A DNA stretch of 62,088 nt, counting the filler. It is 12 parts of 12 records of this genome, joined end to end, with 100 filler letters (N's around TTAATTAATTAA, not from the genome) between each part and the next. Parts side by side here need not be neighbours in the genome. Positions count along the whole stretch, not along the records: positions 11,252 to 17,920 come from SRR15195285_1235; positions 18,021 to 22,116 come from SRR15195285_1240; positions 22,217 to 27,328 come from SRR15195285_1242; 9 more parts are not named here. One strand, 5' to 3'. A program made the translations under genes and the position numbers. This document shows, piece by piece, positions 11,253 through 23,226 of the stretch (the first letter of the stretch is position 1; each line of letters starts with the position of its first letter). Under the pieces are notes generated by a model, which did not search any database, was not told the DNA's origin, and saw only the letters and a program-made list of their open reading frames with translations.

Positions 11253-14200
11253 GCTGAGCCAAGTCAAGCATACTGTTCATATCTGAAGCCGGAATGGCGA
11301 GGTGTGATCCTTGGCTCGCTACCAGTGCTGCCTGCTGGAACGCTTCGTACTGCATCCGTGAGTGTTACTGACCAAGCAGGGAACGTGGCCACGTGTACCA
11401 CGGACCTCACTGTGTCAGCACCAGTCATTCAATTCTCCGAGTCCGTCGTTTCGATGTCGGCGCTTGTAAGCTCAAGCACAGATTTGCTAGATCTAAACAT
11501 TGTCAACAACGGATTTGAGGAGCTGAGGTTTCGAACTGGAACCACTGGAATGTCAGTTGTTGACGCGAACGATGAACCGATTCCGTGGGTAGAGGTGAGG
11601 ACTCAGATTGACTCGGTAGGCCGTGTTGCAGTCGCGGGAACTGGCTCAACTGGCGGCACAGACGTCGAAATTCGTGTAGTTCCTGGCGCGAGTGCTGCGT
11701 TCACACTGCAGTATTTCGGTTCAGCCACCGCGGGTCCAGGCTCTTACTTTGGTAACTTGACCGTGGCTTCGAATGACCCTGCGAGCCCAGCAGTGCGACT
11801 TCCCCTTACATTCCACGTCAGCGAATATGCGGCAATTTTGATCGCACTCCCAGAGTCGACTACGATTGCTGGACTGCCTGGAACAACATCTACGCACTAC
11901 ATGACTGTCTATAATGTTTTCAGCGGAGCAGTTGACTGGACAATCAACGATGAGGGCGAAGGTTGTGAGTGCAACGGTGCGGGACTCTTTCCATGCCGAC
12001 TCCTTCCGTATGCAGGCGCCGAGAATCTACTGGTTGAAGTGCACAGCTGTTCTGGTTCCATACCCATTGCGGATAGCACGCGAGTAGACGTTCGAGTGAC
12101 AATCCCGACGAGGGTAGGCTCATTCCAGAAAGCGTGGGTTTTTAAGCCCAGTTTCGGCGGCGAGCTGATGAGTTTTGAGTCGTTTCTTCGGTCATGGGTA
12201 GATGTGGCTGTAATCTCATCAGCCGCTGATTTTGCACCTGCATCATCGACGTTTGCAGCAGGATCCGACGAACCAATTCGAGCATCGCAACCCATGAGCC
12301 TTCGAATGCTGCCACGAGACCACTACGGAAACGAGATTTCGACACCAGGAATCAACGGCTGGACGGCCTTGCTACGTGTGGCCGACACAAACGAGACGGT
12401 GAGGTTGTCCGTGTCTTTTGAGTTCGAGGACCGCATGTATGCAACTGAAAGCATGCTTCCAAGTCGCAAAGGAGAACACACGATTTGGGCAATATCACAC
12501 CACACAACAGATGTTGTACATGCATTGCTGAGTCCGACTACGTTTGCTGTCAGTCCTCTGGAATGTAGCCCTCCAGCAATTACTGCTTCGATCGATGGAG
12601 CACAGTGCCTAATTCAACGATGCGATCCGGGCAGCGAGCCAACAGATGATCAGCTTCGTTGTGAACTGTGCCAACGTGGTCGCTTCTCAACAAATGGGCT
12701 GAGCTGTGCAACTTGTCCTGACGGATCATTCAGCGAAGAAACTGGAGCTGACGAATGCCGTGCCTGTGCGCCTGGCAAAACTGCTACTGAAAATCGAGAA
12801 TCTTGTGTCGAATGTCCATTTGGATCAGCAGGTGCCGGCGGAATTTGTGCAGACTGTCGGCCTGGTGAGCAGCCAAACGAAGCTAAAACAGCCTGCATTT
12901 CGTGCAACCAAGGCAAGCATAGCCCTGCCGGTGACTTCTGCGACGCATGTCTTCCAGGAACTGAAGCTCTGCTGAATCGGTCTGGGTGCGTTCCGTGCAT
13001 AGCCAAAGGCGGTGCTTTTGTGTCCGCCACAGGTATGGAATGCTCCCGGTGTGCGCCAGGAAGCCAACCAAACTACGAGCGAACAGTATGCGAGGCTTGC
13101 ATCAGTCTTCTGGACTCGTTTTGGCACAGCGTGGACGGATCAGCGTGCACACGATGCCCTGATGGTCACGAACCGACCGTCCAGAGAGCGGGCTGTCGAG
13201 TGTGCTCGCCTGGGAGGTTCAGCACGGGTGGTACCGCCTGTGCCTCGTGTGCTGCTGGGCAAGCTGCTAACACAGAGAAAACAAGCTGTGAGACATGTCC
13301 AGCTGGCAGGTTCAGTGAAGATGGAATCCAGTGTGTAGATTGCGAGGTACCTCGAGTCACTATTCTGGTATTGCAGGCAAGAGTTGGATGCACGGCCTGT
13401 GCGCCTGGGTCGGAGCCAGACGCACGCTACGAAGGCTGTCAAGACTGCAGTGGAGCTTCGTACAGTCCGTTCGGGATTGATTGTTCGCCCTGCGTCCGTC
13501 CACGGGTAGTCAACAGCCAGCACACCAGCTGCACAGCCTGTGAGCCAGGCAAAGGACCGAATGAAGCATTTGATAGCTGTGAAGCATGCATTGGACTGAA
13601 CTACTCAAGTGTCGGCGTTTGCTTGGAGTGTGCAACTCCGAATGTTGTCATACCAGACCCTGCGACTGGTCTCCATTCAAGCTGCACGAGATGTATCGGT
13701 GGGCAAGAACCGACGGATAGTCGACATGGGTGCAGAGACTGCGCAGCAGACGACCACTCATCATTTGGCGTGGCTTGCATGCCATGTAGTGCAGGCACTC
13801 AACCAGATGAGTACCATATCAACTGTGACGATGTTGACGAATGTGCCGTGTCGAATGGCAACTGTGATGGGATCGCCATCCCACCAATCTGTACAAATAT
13901 TCCTGGGACTCGGAAGTGCGGACAATGTCCTGACGGCTATGTGGGTAGTGCAGATCGTGCTGTAGGCCCTGGCTGTCTCTTGCCTGAGATTGACAGCGCT
14001 TCCACCGCCGTTGTTCAGATGCAGACTGTGGTACAATTCAACCTATCAGCTATTCATTCACTTGAAGAAGCAGTCGAGGAAATTAGGCGTAATCAAGGAA
14101 GTTTCAACGAAGCTCTAATCGGTGCACTCGCGGCGACCACGCATATTCCCCCATCCAGAATATTGATTGTGGAAGGCAATGTTGCACAATCGGGGCAGCG

Positions 14201-17200
14201 CAGACGTGCCACCGAGATGGAGCCCAACGCTGACGATGATGGTGACCTTGAAGAAGTAGTGTACGAGCTTACTTTTAAGATCCTCTCAGATGCGAGCAGC
14301 AATGTTTCGCCGGGTGATGCGCTGGAATCGTTGAACGACGACTTGACAAACCTGACCAGCCCGATTAATCAGCTGTCAGACGCTGGTGGTATATTCGTTC
14401 AAGTTGTCAGGCGTCCGGCAGTTGCGTCATTTGTCTGCCCAGCGTTCATGGTTCGACTGGCTGGAGAAGCCGTGTGTTCTTGGTGTTCCAGGGGCAAAGC
14501 CCCCAACGAGGCGAGAACCGATTGCTTGCCATGCGCGGCAGGTTGGGCAGGCGATGGGCGATCGTGCAATATGTGTCTTGCGGGAACTGAGCCCGGGAAC
14601 GACCAAGCAATGTGCGTGGGCTGCGAGCTAGGCGAGTTTTCTAGCAACGCCAGCTTCTGTGAACGTTGCCCACCAGGGACAACATCGTCACCAGACAAGT
14701 CTGGATGTGTGTGTCACGCTGGATTTTATGGATTAGGCTCAGACTGCGTTCAGTGTCCAATAGGAAAATTCACCAGTGATGTTGGTTCAACAGAGTGTAG
14801 CAGTTGTAGTGTTGGGTTCAGCACTCCCAGCGCTGCGGCCGTTGAGTGTGACGCTTGCCCTCTCGGTCGATACAGCGACCTGTTGACGCTGACACAAGAG
14901 CTGCCGTGTGTACTGTGCCGCATTGGCAAGTACGCGAGTTCTATTGCGTCTGCTGTGTGCACGGACTGCCTGCCTGGCACTTACTCTGGCACCACTGGGT
15001 CGGTATCACCAGACGGCTGTGTCAAGTGCAGAAAAGCTACAGCTGATTTTGATAAGGATCCTGCAACACCATGTGGAGATTGTCCGCGAGGTCAATCGAC
15101 TAGGGAAGACCAGATTGCTATTGGTGCTACTGACTGTATGTGCTTAGCCGGATGGTATGGCGTGCGGATAAAGGCAGATGGCGGGTGGAACTACACCTGT
15201 GCTGAAGGCCCAGGCTCACAGCATGCGAATTGCAGAGAAGGGTTTGATGACCTGAATGCAGGGCACCTGTGGCTTCAACAGCAGTATCCAAAGGAATGGG
15301 ACGCAAGTCCTTTGGCTGCGTCTGACTACTGGACTGAGAGTCCAGTATCTGCCGTTAGAGTTCTCGACCCTCCTCTTGAGTCGGAGCAGTACACACACGT
15401 ACGTGTTCTCATGTCGAGTTTACAACCACCTCAAACAGCCTTCTGCCTCATCAAGAATGATCAATGGGTGCACGAAGAGCAGGTCGAAGATCTACTCCGA
15501 GCGACAGCTCTTGAGCAAATGGGTGGAGATCAGTCTTGTGTTAAACCTGGCGTTCCCAAGATGTGCAAAATGGTAGGTCTTTGGCATGCAGATCCATTAT
15601 CCGCTGCTGCGCCAGTCATGCTCGTGTCCCACTGAAGCGCGCTGTGTGCATACAGGAAACATGCAAACCACTACAATCCTTTCATGTAGATCGAAACAAG
15701 AATGACGTCTATGTTGATGCTGGCAAGATGTCGACGCTCATGATGTATGACTGGATTGCAACCGCGCACACGTGTTTCAACGGTGTGCCTATGGCGAGTG
15801 ACTTCTTGAAGAACATGAGCTTTCAAAATCTGAGTGACGCGTTGCAGCCTTTCCAGCGCCTCAAGGATAAGCTCTACGCAGAAGGTGGCGATCCATATCA
15901 GTTCGGTGTCAAGCCGGTGTACGACATCCGAGCTGCTATGGAACTCCCACAACCACCATTGAAAACTGAGCACCAGGAACTATGTCTACTCAACGTGTGC
16001 CGTGAAGGACACACCGGCAACCTCTGTTCAGAGTGTCTGCCAGGTTTTGCCAAGCAGCTGTCGAGTGGAATCTGTTATCACTGTGAGGGTGTGGATGCAA
16101 CACAGTGGTGGCAGCCACCGTTGCTTTACTTTTTGCTATCTTGGAAGATGATGCGAAAGTCGTGTACACCACATCAACTCAAGTCTTCAAAAATGACAAG
16201 TTTCATTTTCTTCTTCCAGACGGCAAGTTTGGTCTCGACTGGCACGAATTGGTTTGGGCAAAAAAATAATCTACACCCTCAGCTGCTAGAGTACGTCACG
16301 ACAGTCAAATTGTACCTCAATCTGGAGTTCGACAAGACTTCCCGCTGTCCAATGGACGTGTACGCTCGTTTCTATTACGATGTCTTCTACATTCCACTGT
16401 GTGTGATGGTCGGCTTGTACATAGCATTTGGGGTTTGGTGGATTTTCCTCAAGGCCAACAGCCATTTCAATCTACTCGGCCGCTTCTGGGAGCTAGTGCA
16501 TATGATGACCTGTGGTAAAATCGGTGAAAAGCAGACGAAGCGTCACTGGCGAAAGCGCCTCGAGTTTCATCGACATCAAGCAGCACGTGCCCGCTGGCTC
16601 GTCTATATCTACATATACGCTCCGCTGACTCGGAAGTGCTCTACGATGTTCTTCTGCCGTGACGATATTCGGAACGAGAAACGGTTCTTGAAATCTGATA
16701 TGTCAGTTGAGTGTGACGATGTTCGGTATCAGGTTGCATTCAGTGTTGCAGTTGCGATGTTCGTGCTGGTCGGATTCGCGATCCCACTGTACATTGCTTG
16801 GACGTTGTACTACAGTCCAAACAGCTGGAAGATTCATGACGACGAAAGCCGTCTTTTCAATGTTGGCGAGTACGTGGGGGTGCGCAAACGCCGCGTATAC
16901 TACGAGAACGTAACGTTGAGGGCTGTTGTTGAAGTAGCTATAGACATGACAGACATTGGCAGGGGAAGCCCGAAAAGAGAGGCTATTGAGCGAGATGTGC
17001 GATCATATGTAGCTACAGCGTTGGGCATCGAATCGCACCTGTTTGTCATTCACAACGTGGTTCCGTGCGAACCACAAGAAGCAAAAACATCCTCCGTGTC
17101 AGCATATCTCAAAGAGGGAGTACTTCTAAAACGGAAAGGCTTGACGGACACGTGGCAAGACCGGGAACTATTTCTTAGCCATCGCTCGCTCAAGTTCCTC

Positions 17201-17920
17201 AAGCCCCGACGGTCTTGGGGCGGCAGTTTGAACAAGGACGAGATTGTAAGTGTCGGGGCGATAGAGCCAGCTGCGGGGATACCAGGGTGGTCCTTTGAAG
17301 TCAAAACGAAAGTGAAGGGCGGCAAAGTTTACGCTTTTGCGTGCAAGCACAAACAGGAACGTGACGAATGGGTCCATGCGATCACGACCTGCATTACCGA
17401 AGAATTCAGGGGTTCAGGAAGTAGATTACTCGACCGAATTGGCATCTTGACCTCCCAAACCTCTTTGAGCACACTCAGCGTCCCCGACTCACAGAACACT
17501 CCAGCGCCACAGACTGTGGAGCCGCACGAGAAGCACTGCCAAGTGTTCATGAAAATGGTTTCAGGGCACAACACTGAGGTCTTAGATGTGTTGCAAAACC
17601 GAGTGGACAACGTCAAACCCGAAGAGTGCTTTGTCCAAGGGCATGCGGTCGTAAGCGTTTCTCTGTCAAAAAGTGGCCCAATCTTGGGTCCAATTTCAAC
17701 ACGCCGGCTCCTCCATATGATTCTGCAGAAAAAAGTTGGGTGGCAAACCCGTATCAGGGACAGCACGAGGTCAGAATGGATCACACGAGAAACTCTGGAT
17801 CGTCACGACATAGATATGTTGGATCGATTGCTCTTATACTCAGCATCACTTCGAGGGCGTCCAATCGCCAACCTACAAGAGATGGCCCTGGAAGATCTGG
17901 ACCGAGAGCTGACATGGCTG
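11253..17920 (+). CDS. Giant receptor-like membrane protein (HYR/Ig-like, many Cys-rich GCC2/ephrin-receptor-like repeats, EGF-Ca, multi-TM, PH, GYF_2-like); partial at both ends
   Basis: Frame is open from the contig edge. Motifs VTDQAGNVATCT, repeated CxxCxxGxx units, DVDECAVSNGNC, several TM helices with FLKSDMSVEC, PH-like LKEGVLLKR..W..R..ERDEWVHAI. Intron 15573-15655 joins the two long ORFs. Confidence 0.8.
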
Positions 17921-18020
17921 NNNNNNNNNNNNNNNNNNNNNNNNNNNNNNNNNNNNNNNNNNNNTTAATTAATTAANNNNNNNNNNNNNNNNNNNNNNNN
18001 NNNNNNNNNNNNNNNNNNNN
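17921..18020. other. Artificial contig spacer 3
   Basis: Same 100-nt linker. Confidence 0.99.
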
Positions 18021-18065
18021 GAGCCAGAGCCAGAGCCAGAGCCGGAGCCTGAGCCGGAGCCTGAG
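18021..18065 (+). repeat. Coding hexamer repeat (GAGCCN)n = (Glu-Pro)n
   Basis: GAG CCA/CCG/CCT units at the contig start. Confidence 0.95.
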
Positions 18066-18986
18066 CAATCGGCTGGCCAAGCAGGCACAAGTGACACCGA
18101 GGCCGCGGCGGTGACTCCTCTCGGGCTTCCTTCTGTGCCGATGGCCGAACAAGAAGATCTGGTCACTATGTCTGCGATGGGATTTTCTGAGCAACAAGCG
18201 AGAGTGTCTCTCGTAGCCTGCAATGGCGACGTGAGCCAGGCGATAGATCACGCACTGCTCGCCAGTGCAAGTGACAAACCAGTTGGTGGAAGCGAAGTGG
18301 TGGTAGACCCACGGGCTCAAATGGCCCCATCAACGGTTGTGCACGCGACGGCCGCTCAGCAGCAGCACGGCCGTGTTCCCCGCGGGACTGTACGTGACGA
18401 ATTCGGAGATGCATTCATTGGTGAATACCGCGTGCAATTTCAGACCGATGGGAAGTTCAGCAAGATGACCGTGCAAGCCGGCCATGCTGTGTGTGGGGGC
18501 GAATTAATTCTCACGCGCCCACAGCGGCAACAGCTGGTCTGTGATCTGACCACGCCCGGTACCCGGGTCGGGAGGCCAAAGACGCAGCGCAAGGGGCATC
18601 CCTACTGCTTGCGCGTCACGTTGGGTCGACCAGACAGTCGTACTGAGAAAGTCGTGATCGACTTCGGGAGCAGCGGGCAGATGGTGCGATGGTACTCTTG
18701 CTTGGGGAAGCTCATCCACGGAGAGCAGTACGGGTACACTCTTCGGAGACGGCAGGGCGTTTCGGGAGACATTAAGGACACTGTTGCAGAGGGCCGGAAG
18801 GCCCGAGGAGGTCGAGCGGATGATGATGACGACTATGAGTTTGGTGACTGGTTACGAGGTGTCACTGCCAAGGGGAAGCACGACAGACTCAATGAAGCGC
18901 GGCTCAGTGGTGCCCACGGTGGTGGCAGCCACGGAGGAGACGGAGGCAGCGCACTGGGCGATTTTGCGAGAGGGCTGTTCAAATGA
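18021..18986 (+). CDS. 3' part of a protein with (EP)n tract, UBA domain and PH-like domain
   Basis: In-frame (EP)7 at the contig start. UBA signature MSAMGFSEQQARVSLVACNGDVSQAIDH. PH-like C-terminal half PKTQRKGHPYCLRVTL..VIDF..MVRW. Confidence 0.7.
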   Translation, partial: EPEPEPEPEPEPEPEQSAGQAGTSDTEAAAVTPLGLPSVPMAEQEDLVTMSAMGFSEQQARVSLVACNGDVSQAIDHALLASASDKPVGGSEVVVDPRAQMAPSTVVHATAAQQQHGRVPRGTVRDEFGDAFIGEYRVQFQTDGKFSKMTVQAGHAVCGGELILTRPQRQQLVCDLTTPGTRVGRPKTQRKGHPYCLRVTLGRPDSRTEKVVIDFGSSGQMVRWYSCLGKLIHGEQYGYTLRRRQGVSGDIKDTVAEGRKARGGRADDDDDYEFGDWLRGVTAKGKHDRLNEARLSGAHGGGSHGGDGGSALGDFARGLFK

Positions 18987-19026
18987 ACTCCAGTCGTTGC
19001 TCGGCACTTATCTGGTCTGTATCATG

Positions 19027-21466
19027 CTAGCTTGTTGCTAGCTTGGCTATTGAGCTCTCCAACGCATCAAATCTGGAACGCATTTCGTCCAGTAGCACTC
19101 CCTGCTGAGCCTCCAACCTGTCCAGTCGCTCTGCTGCATCTGTCTCTGTCCCTGTCCATGAGGCGGCTGCCAGCTCAGACGAGCCATCCGATCGGCACAG
19201 GCTGGGGCGATTCTGTACCACGCAGGGCAGGCATTGAGTCATCTAGATACCATGTCCAAACGCACTGCACCGCTGGAACAGCTAGATATATAGATGCAGC
19301 TTGTCAGATGGTTTTGCACGCATCACGTACTCTTCGGATAGCGTTGGCAGCTTTGGTCAGTGCTGCATTGATCGTTGGTGACTCCCGACGGGCATCGCAC
19401 ATGTCCTGGTACGTCAAGACACTGCAAACCAGCGCGTGCAACCAGTCAAGATCTGCTGGAAAATACCGCAATTGCATCTGTGTCTTCGAGTGTGTGCCTG
19501 CAACTCACCACGTTAGGACAGTCTGCGTGATGCCATATGCTGACCGTATTCGCCTCAAGGGTACGCCCGGGCTCTCCTCCATCAACACCGCATTTTCGCC
19601 GAAAAACTCTGTCATTCCAAGCTTGCCCAGGTCAACCCCTTGGCCGTCACCCGCTTTCATGATGGGAGCATCCTCTGCCTGAGCCACACATTCTACTCGG
19701 ACCTTGCCCTCGAGGATCACCCACATCTCAACGCCGCGCTCTCCTTGGCGCATGATGAAGTCCTCCACTCGTGTAGAACCATCTTCGTTGACGTGAGGCG
19801 GTTCGTACCCACAGTACTTCATCTTGCAGGAGATGCGAATCATATCGTTTGCAGAGAGACCACGTACAAACGGCACTTTCGACAGTGTTGCTCTGCGATT
19901 GGTTTGCAAATCATCCACAAACCCTATGTTTACGGCGAGCTCAAGTTTGAGCGACTGTGGTAAACCGTCGAAGATCGACTGGATGTCTTGCGTCGTGCCC
20001 TGACAAGTGTAGTGCTGATTGAAATGCTGTCGGACTCGCCTTGTGAGCGAGACACCCACGTGCCGCTCATACAGGAACGCATGCACGAGGCTCACCGAGT
20101 CGGATTTGGATTGGTCGCCTGGGTTGGCGTGCGCAATCATGTCAGAGATCTGACCAATGATCGCAGCGATGATCGCAGCACCAGCGCAGAACGAGATGGC
20201 ATACGTCAGCTTTTCGGAGAACGTCTCCGGCGTAGAGTGATCCTCGCAAGCGTCAATCATGATCACGGCCATCGTTGACCAAAACAAGCTGTCCTTGTAC
20301 CTGTCAACCATGCTAACACTATCCACATCCTCCGGCGAGCCGTATTTTCGATACACCCAGCCGTCCGTCTCCGCACCGCCGGGTAGGACGTACCCGACAG
20401 TGTCCGGGTCTGCACCAACCCAGTACCACAGGCATGCTACCCAGTGCGCCGTGCCACCAACCAAGAAGACGATCTTCCCGAACTTCAGCATCCTTTTTCC
20501 GTACATCTCCTCCTCCCACCGGTCCAAAATCCGCTTGATCCGCACCAGCCGCAGCAGCTTCAGCAACCGAAACATGCGAAGCATCCGCGTCGCTTTGTTC
20601 CCAGACCCGCCTGCATCTTCGCCCAAAATGTACGGAATGTACCCGAAGGGCAGGCAGCTGACGAAATCTACCGGCAGCCATCCCTTGAGATAGTTCATGG
20701 CGATGTCTTTCGACTTGTAGAGCAGCTCGCCGTCCGACGTGATCACCGCAGTCCGGAAGTTCAGGCACAGGTCACAAACGAAGTAGATGTCGATGATCAG
20801 GTCTAGCCAGAACCAAAACGACCATAGCACCACGTCGTGCGCAAAGCCGATGCGGTAGGGCAGCATGCCTGCGATATAAAACAGCAGTACCGCTTGGATC
20901 AGGTCCCAGTTGCCTCGAAAGCTGGACGTGGGCGAGATCATGCCGCTCTTCTCCATCTCGGCCAGCGCAGCGCGGAAGGGGTCCATCGTCTCGGCTTCGA
21001 AGAAGGAGTCCCACCACCTTTCGAAGTCGGCGACGCTGATCGGCTCTGCGTTCGTGGGCAACGCCTCCCCGCCTGCCTTCCGAACGCCTTGGATCTGCTC
21101 TAGCAGCTCGCCTTGCTCACGCTCGTTCAGCTTGAGGCTGAGGTGATCCTCGACTAGCGCCACCAGTTCCGCGGGCTCCATCTTCGCCTCGTGGTCGGGG
21201 ATGTCTTCGAAGCACAGCTTCATATCGGCCTGGATATGGTCTGGGTCGAGCTTCTTCCCCACCACCAGCGCCCGAGCGATGACCTCGAAGAAGTCAACCG
21301 GCTCCTCCTCTTCATGCCCGTCCTCGGGTTCGTGGCTCTCGGGCACTATCTGCACGCGGCTCGGGATGAACTTTCCCAGCGAATCATCGGCGCCCTTCTT
21401 CGCCAGCGGGTTGTCCGAGTCGAACGACGACGTCGTCGCCTCCTCCGGGATCTCCGAATCGAACAT
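19027..21466 (-). CDS. Cyclic-nucleotide-binding-domain (KCNH/HCN/CNG-like) ion channel with degenerate N-terminal EF-hand region
   Basis: S1 WDLIQAVLLFY, DLCLNFRT, YLKGWLPVDFVSCLP, S4 RMLRMFRLLKLLRLVRIKR, HWVACLW, C-linker and CNBD (IMRQGE..FFGE..RIRSA). Two short 3' introns inferred (near 19508 and 19330); the 5' end may extend upstream. Confidence 0.85.
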
Positions 21467-21538
21467 CGGCGGCGCTGCCTCGCGTGCCCCCTGGCCGCTT
21501 GCTGCCGCCGCCCAGCCTTCTTCCGTGTGTACACTGCA

Positions 21539-21582
21539 GGATCTACACCGCCACCATCACTGCTGGATCTACACCGCCACCA
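21539..21582. repeat. 18-bp direct repeat x2
   Basis: ggatctacaccgccacca at 21539-21556 and 21565-21582. Confidence 0.9.
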
Positions 21583-22116
21583 CGACCTCCATCGACATCT
21601 TCATCTTCATCTCTGGGGCACCGATGGTGGTGGCCGTCCTTACCAGCGCGCGCGCGGTGCCCCAGAGGCCTACCAAATCATATGAAATGGTATAAACTAG
21701 GAATTCCTATATGTCATCCGGGAGTGAGTCCCCTCAACCCTAGCTAGCTAGAACACGTACAACAATCAATCCGGAGCGTATCGAATACCCGATCCGGGTA
21801 GTAGGAATTCCTGATTTGTGATTTCTGATTAGGAGTGCCCGTCAATCGAGTCTTCGTCGGAGTCTGGGCGAATCAGTAATTGGAAACTCACATTTGCATC
21901 CCCGGGATTCAGTCTGAATTGATTTGAGAATTCGATCTCAATCCCATTTCCGATTTCTGAATTCTCAGAATCAGTTCGAATTCGTGATCTGGCAATCAAG
22001 TTCTGACCGGAACGCGAATTTGAAAGACATCGGTCAAAACGCGCTACGCTCTTTGAAACGTTCGGGCGCATCGTTCGGGCGGCTGTGTTACACTCTTCGA
22101 TAGTAGGCGCCACCGC

Positions 22117-22216
22117 NNNNNNNNNNNNNNNNNNNNNNNNNNNNNNNNNNNNNNNNNNNNTTAATTAATTAANNNNNNNNNNNNNNNNNNNNNNNNNNNN
22201 NNNNNNNNNNNNNNNN
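22117..22216. other. Artificial contig spacer 4
   Basis: Same 100-nt linker. Confidence 0.99.
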
Positions 22217-22269
22217 AGAGATCTATAATACTAGTAGTAGCAAGCACTGGTGATCCAGATGACGACGCA

Positions 22270-23028
22270 GTGGCAGAGCCCATTTGGAGCTCCCGGTTTG
22301 TAGTTGGAAAATACTTGGCGCGGGTTGTCGAAGAGCACCCGATGGTGATCGGCAGCCGCGCAGGGCAAACGGCGCTTGAAAGTGCGAGGAAGCGTGGTAT
22401 GATTGAGCAGCTACTCTCCTCGTCGCCCTTCTGGTCAATGAAGCCGAACGAATTGCGCCACTTGCTGCGTGGGCTCGGTGGACCTCATGCCGCAGCGGCA
22501 GACCAAAAGATGCTTAAGTCGCAGCTGATTCGGTTCGTCGTGGAAAGTGAGATATTTCACGAAGCACAATCCAAGGCGGTGCTAGAAGCAAGTCAGAAGC
22601 TGCCGGATGGTCGCACTAAGAACTTGACAGTCGCTGAGAGGGCAGTAGCAGCAGCTGAGGCCTCACGTGGTTCAGCGCGAGCGTTGGCAGGTGCCGCACG
22701 AGCAACTGCAGCGAAGGAGCGACACAGCCTGCGTCAGATGGGAGGCGTTACTAGGACCAACGGAAGCGGGCGGCTTTCGATCGTGTCGACATCTAGCAGC
22801 CTCGACCAAATCGAGGAGGAGACCCCTCGCGCAGTCGGTGGCGAGCGGCGCATCGTCCCACGTGGGTCATCAAAACTGGCTGCTCAGGCATTCGGCATCG
22901 AGGGTGACGAAGCAGCAGCGCAAGCCAGGGCCTCGGTTGTCCACCAACCAGATTCTGCAGCGTTGCGCCTAGTGAAGAAAGCCGCGAGGAAGGTGGCTGT
23001 CCCGACAGCGCTGAAATCTTTGCAGTAG
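22270..23028 (+). CDS. Hypothetical Ala/Arg-rich helical protein (start uncertain, possibly a 3' exon)
   Basis: 252-codon ORF with protein-like composition, converging on the UGGT 3' end. No recognised motif. Confidence 0.5.
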   Translation: MAEPIWSSRFVVGKYLARVVEEHPMVIGSRAGQTALESARKRGMIEQLLSSSPFWSMKPNELRHLLRGLGGPHAAAADQKMLKSQLIRFVVESEIFHEAQSKAVLEASQKLPDGRTKNLTVAERAVAAAEASRGSARALAGAARATAAKERHSLRQMGGVTRTNGSGRLSIVSTSSSLDQIEEETPRAVGGERRIVPRGSSKLAAQAFGIEGDEAAAQARASVVHQPDSAALRLVKKAARKVAVPTALKSLQ

Positions 23029-23226
23029 GTCCTGCCGGTAGAGCTAAAGTACAATGCATTTCCAGGGAATTTGCCGTTCAAGTGCGACAACCAAGGCAAG
23101 GCATCCATTCAACTTGCATCCGTGAACTTCCACAGCTGCGATGTGGCACAGCTCCACTCGCAGCTCCAACCATTCCGCGCCACTTTCCATAGAGGTATCA
23201 TCGTTTTTACAAAAGCTGCATGTCCA

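Noticed and set aside
15563-15655. Overlapping or frameshifted ORF pairs (also 47228-47271, 31311-31474, 2864-2904) as programmed frameshifts or pseudogenes
   Set aside because: Each is resolved by a canonical GT-AG intron.
16688-16702. LKSDM (and LAKSDA near 51131) as further copies of the LKSDD motif
   Set aside because: Both sit inside conserved domain motifs rather than at module junctions, and they lack the DD.
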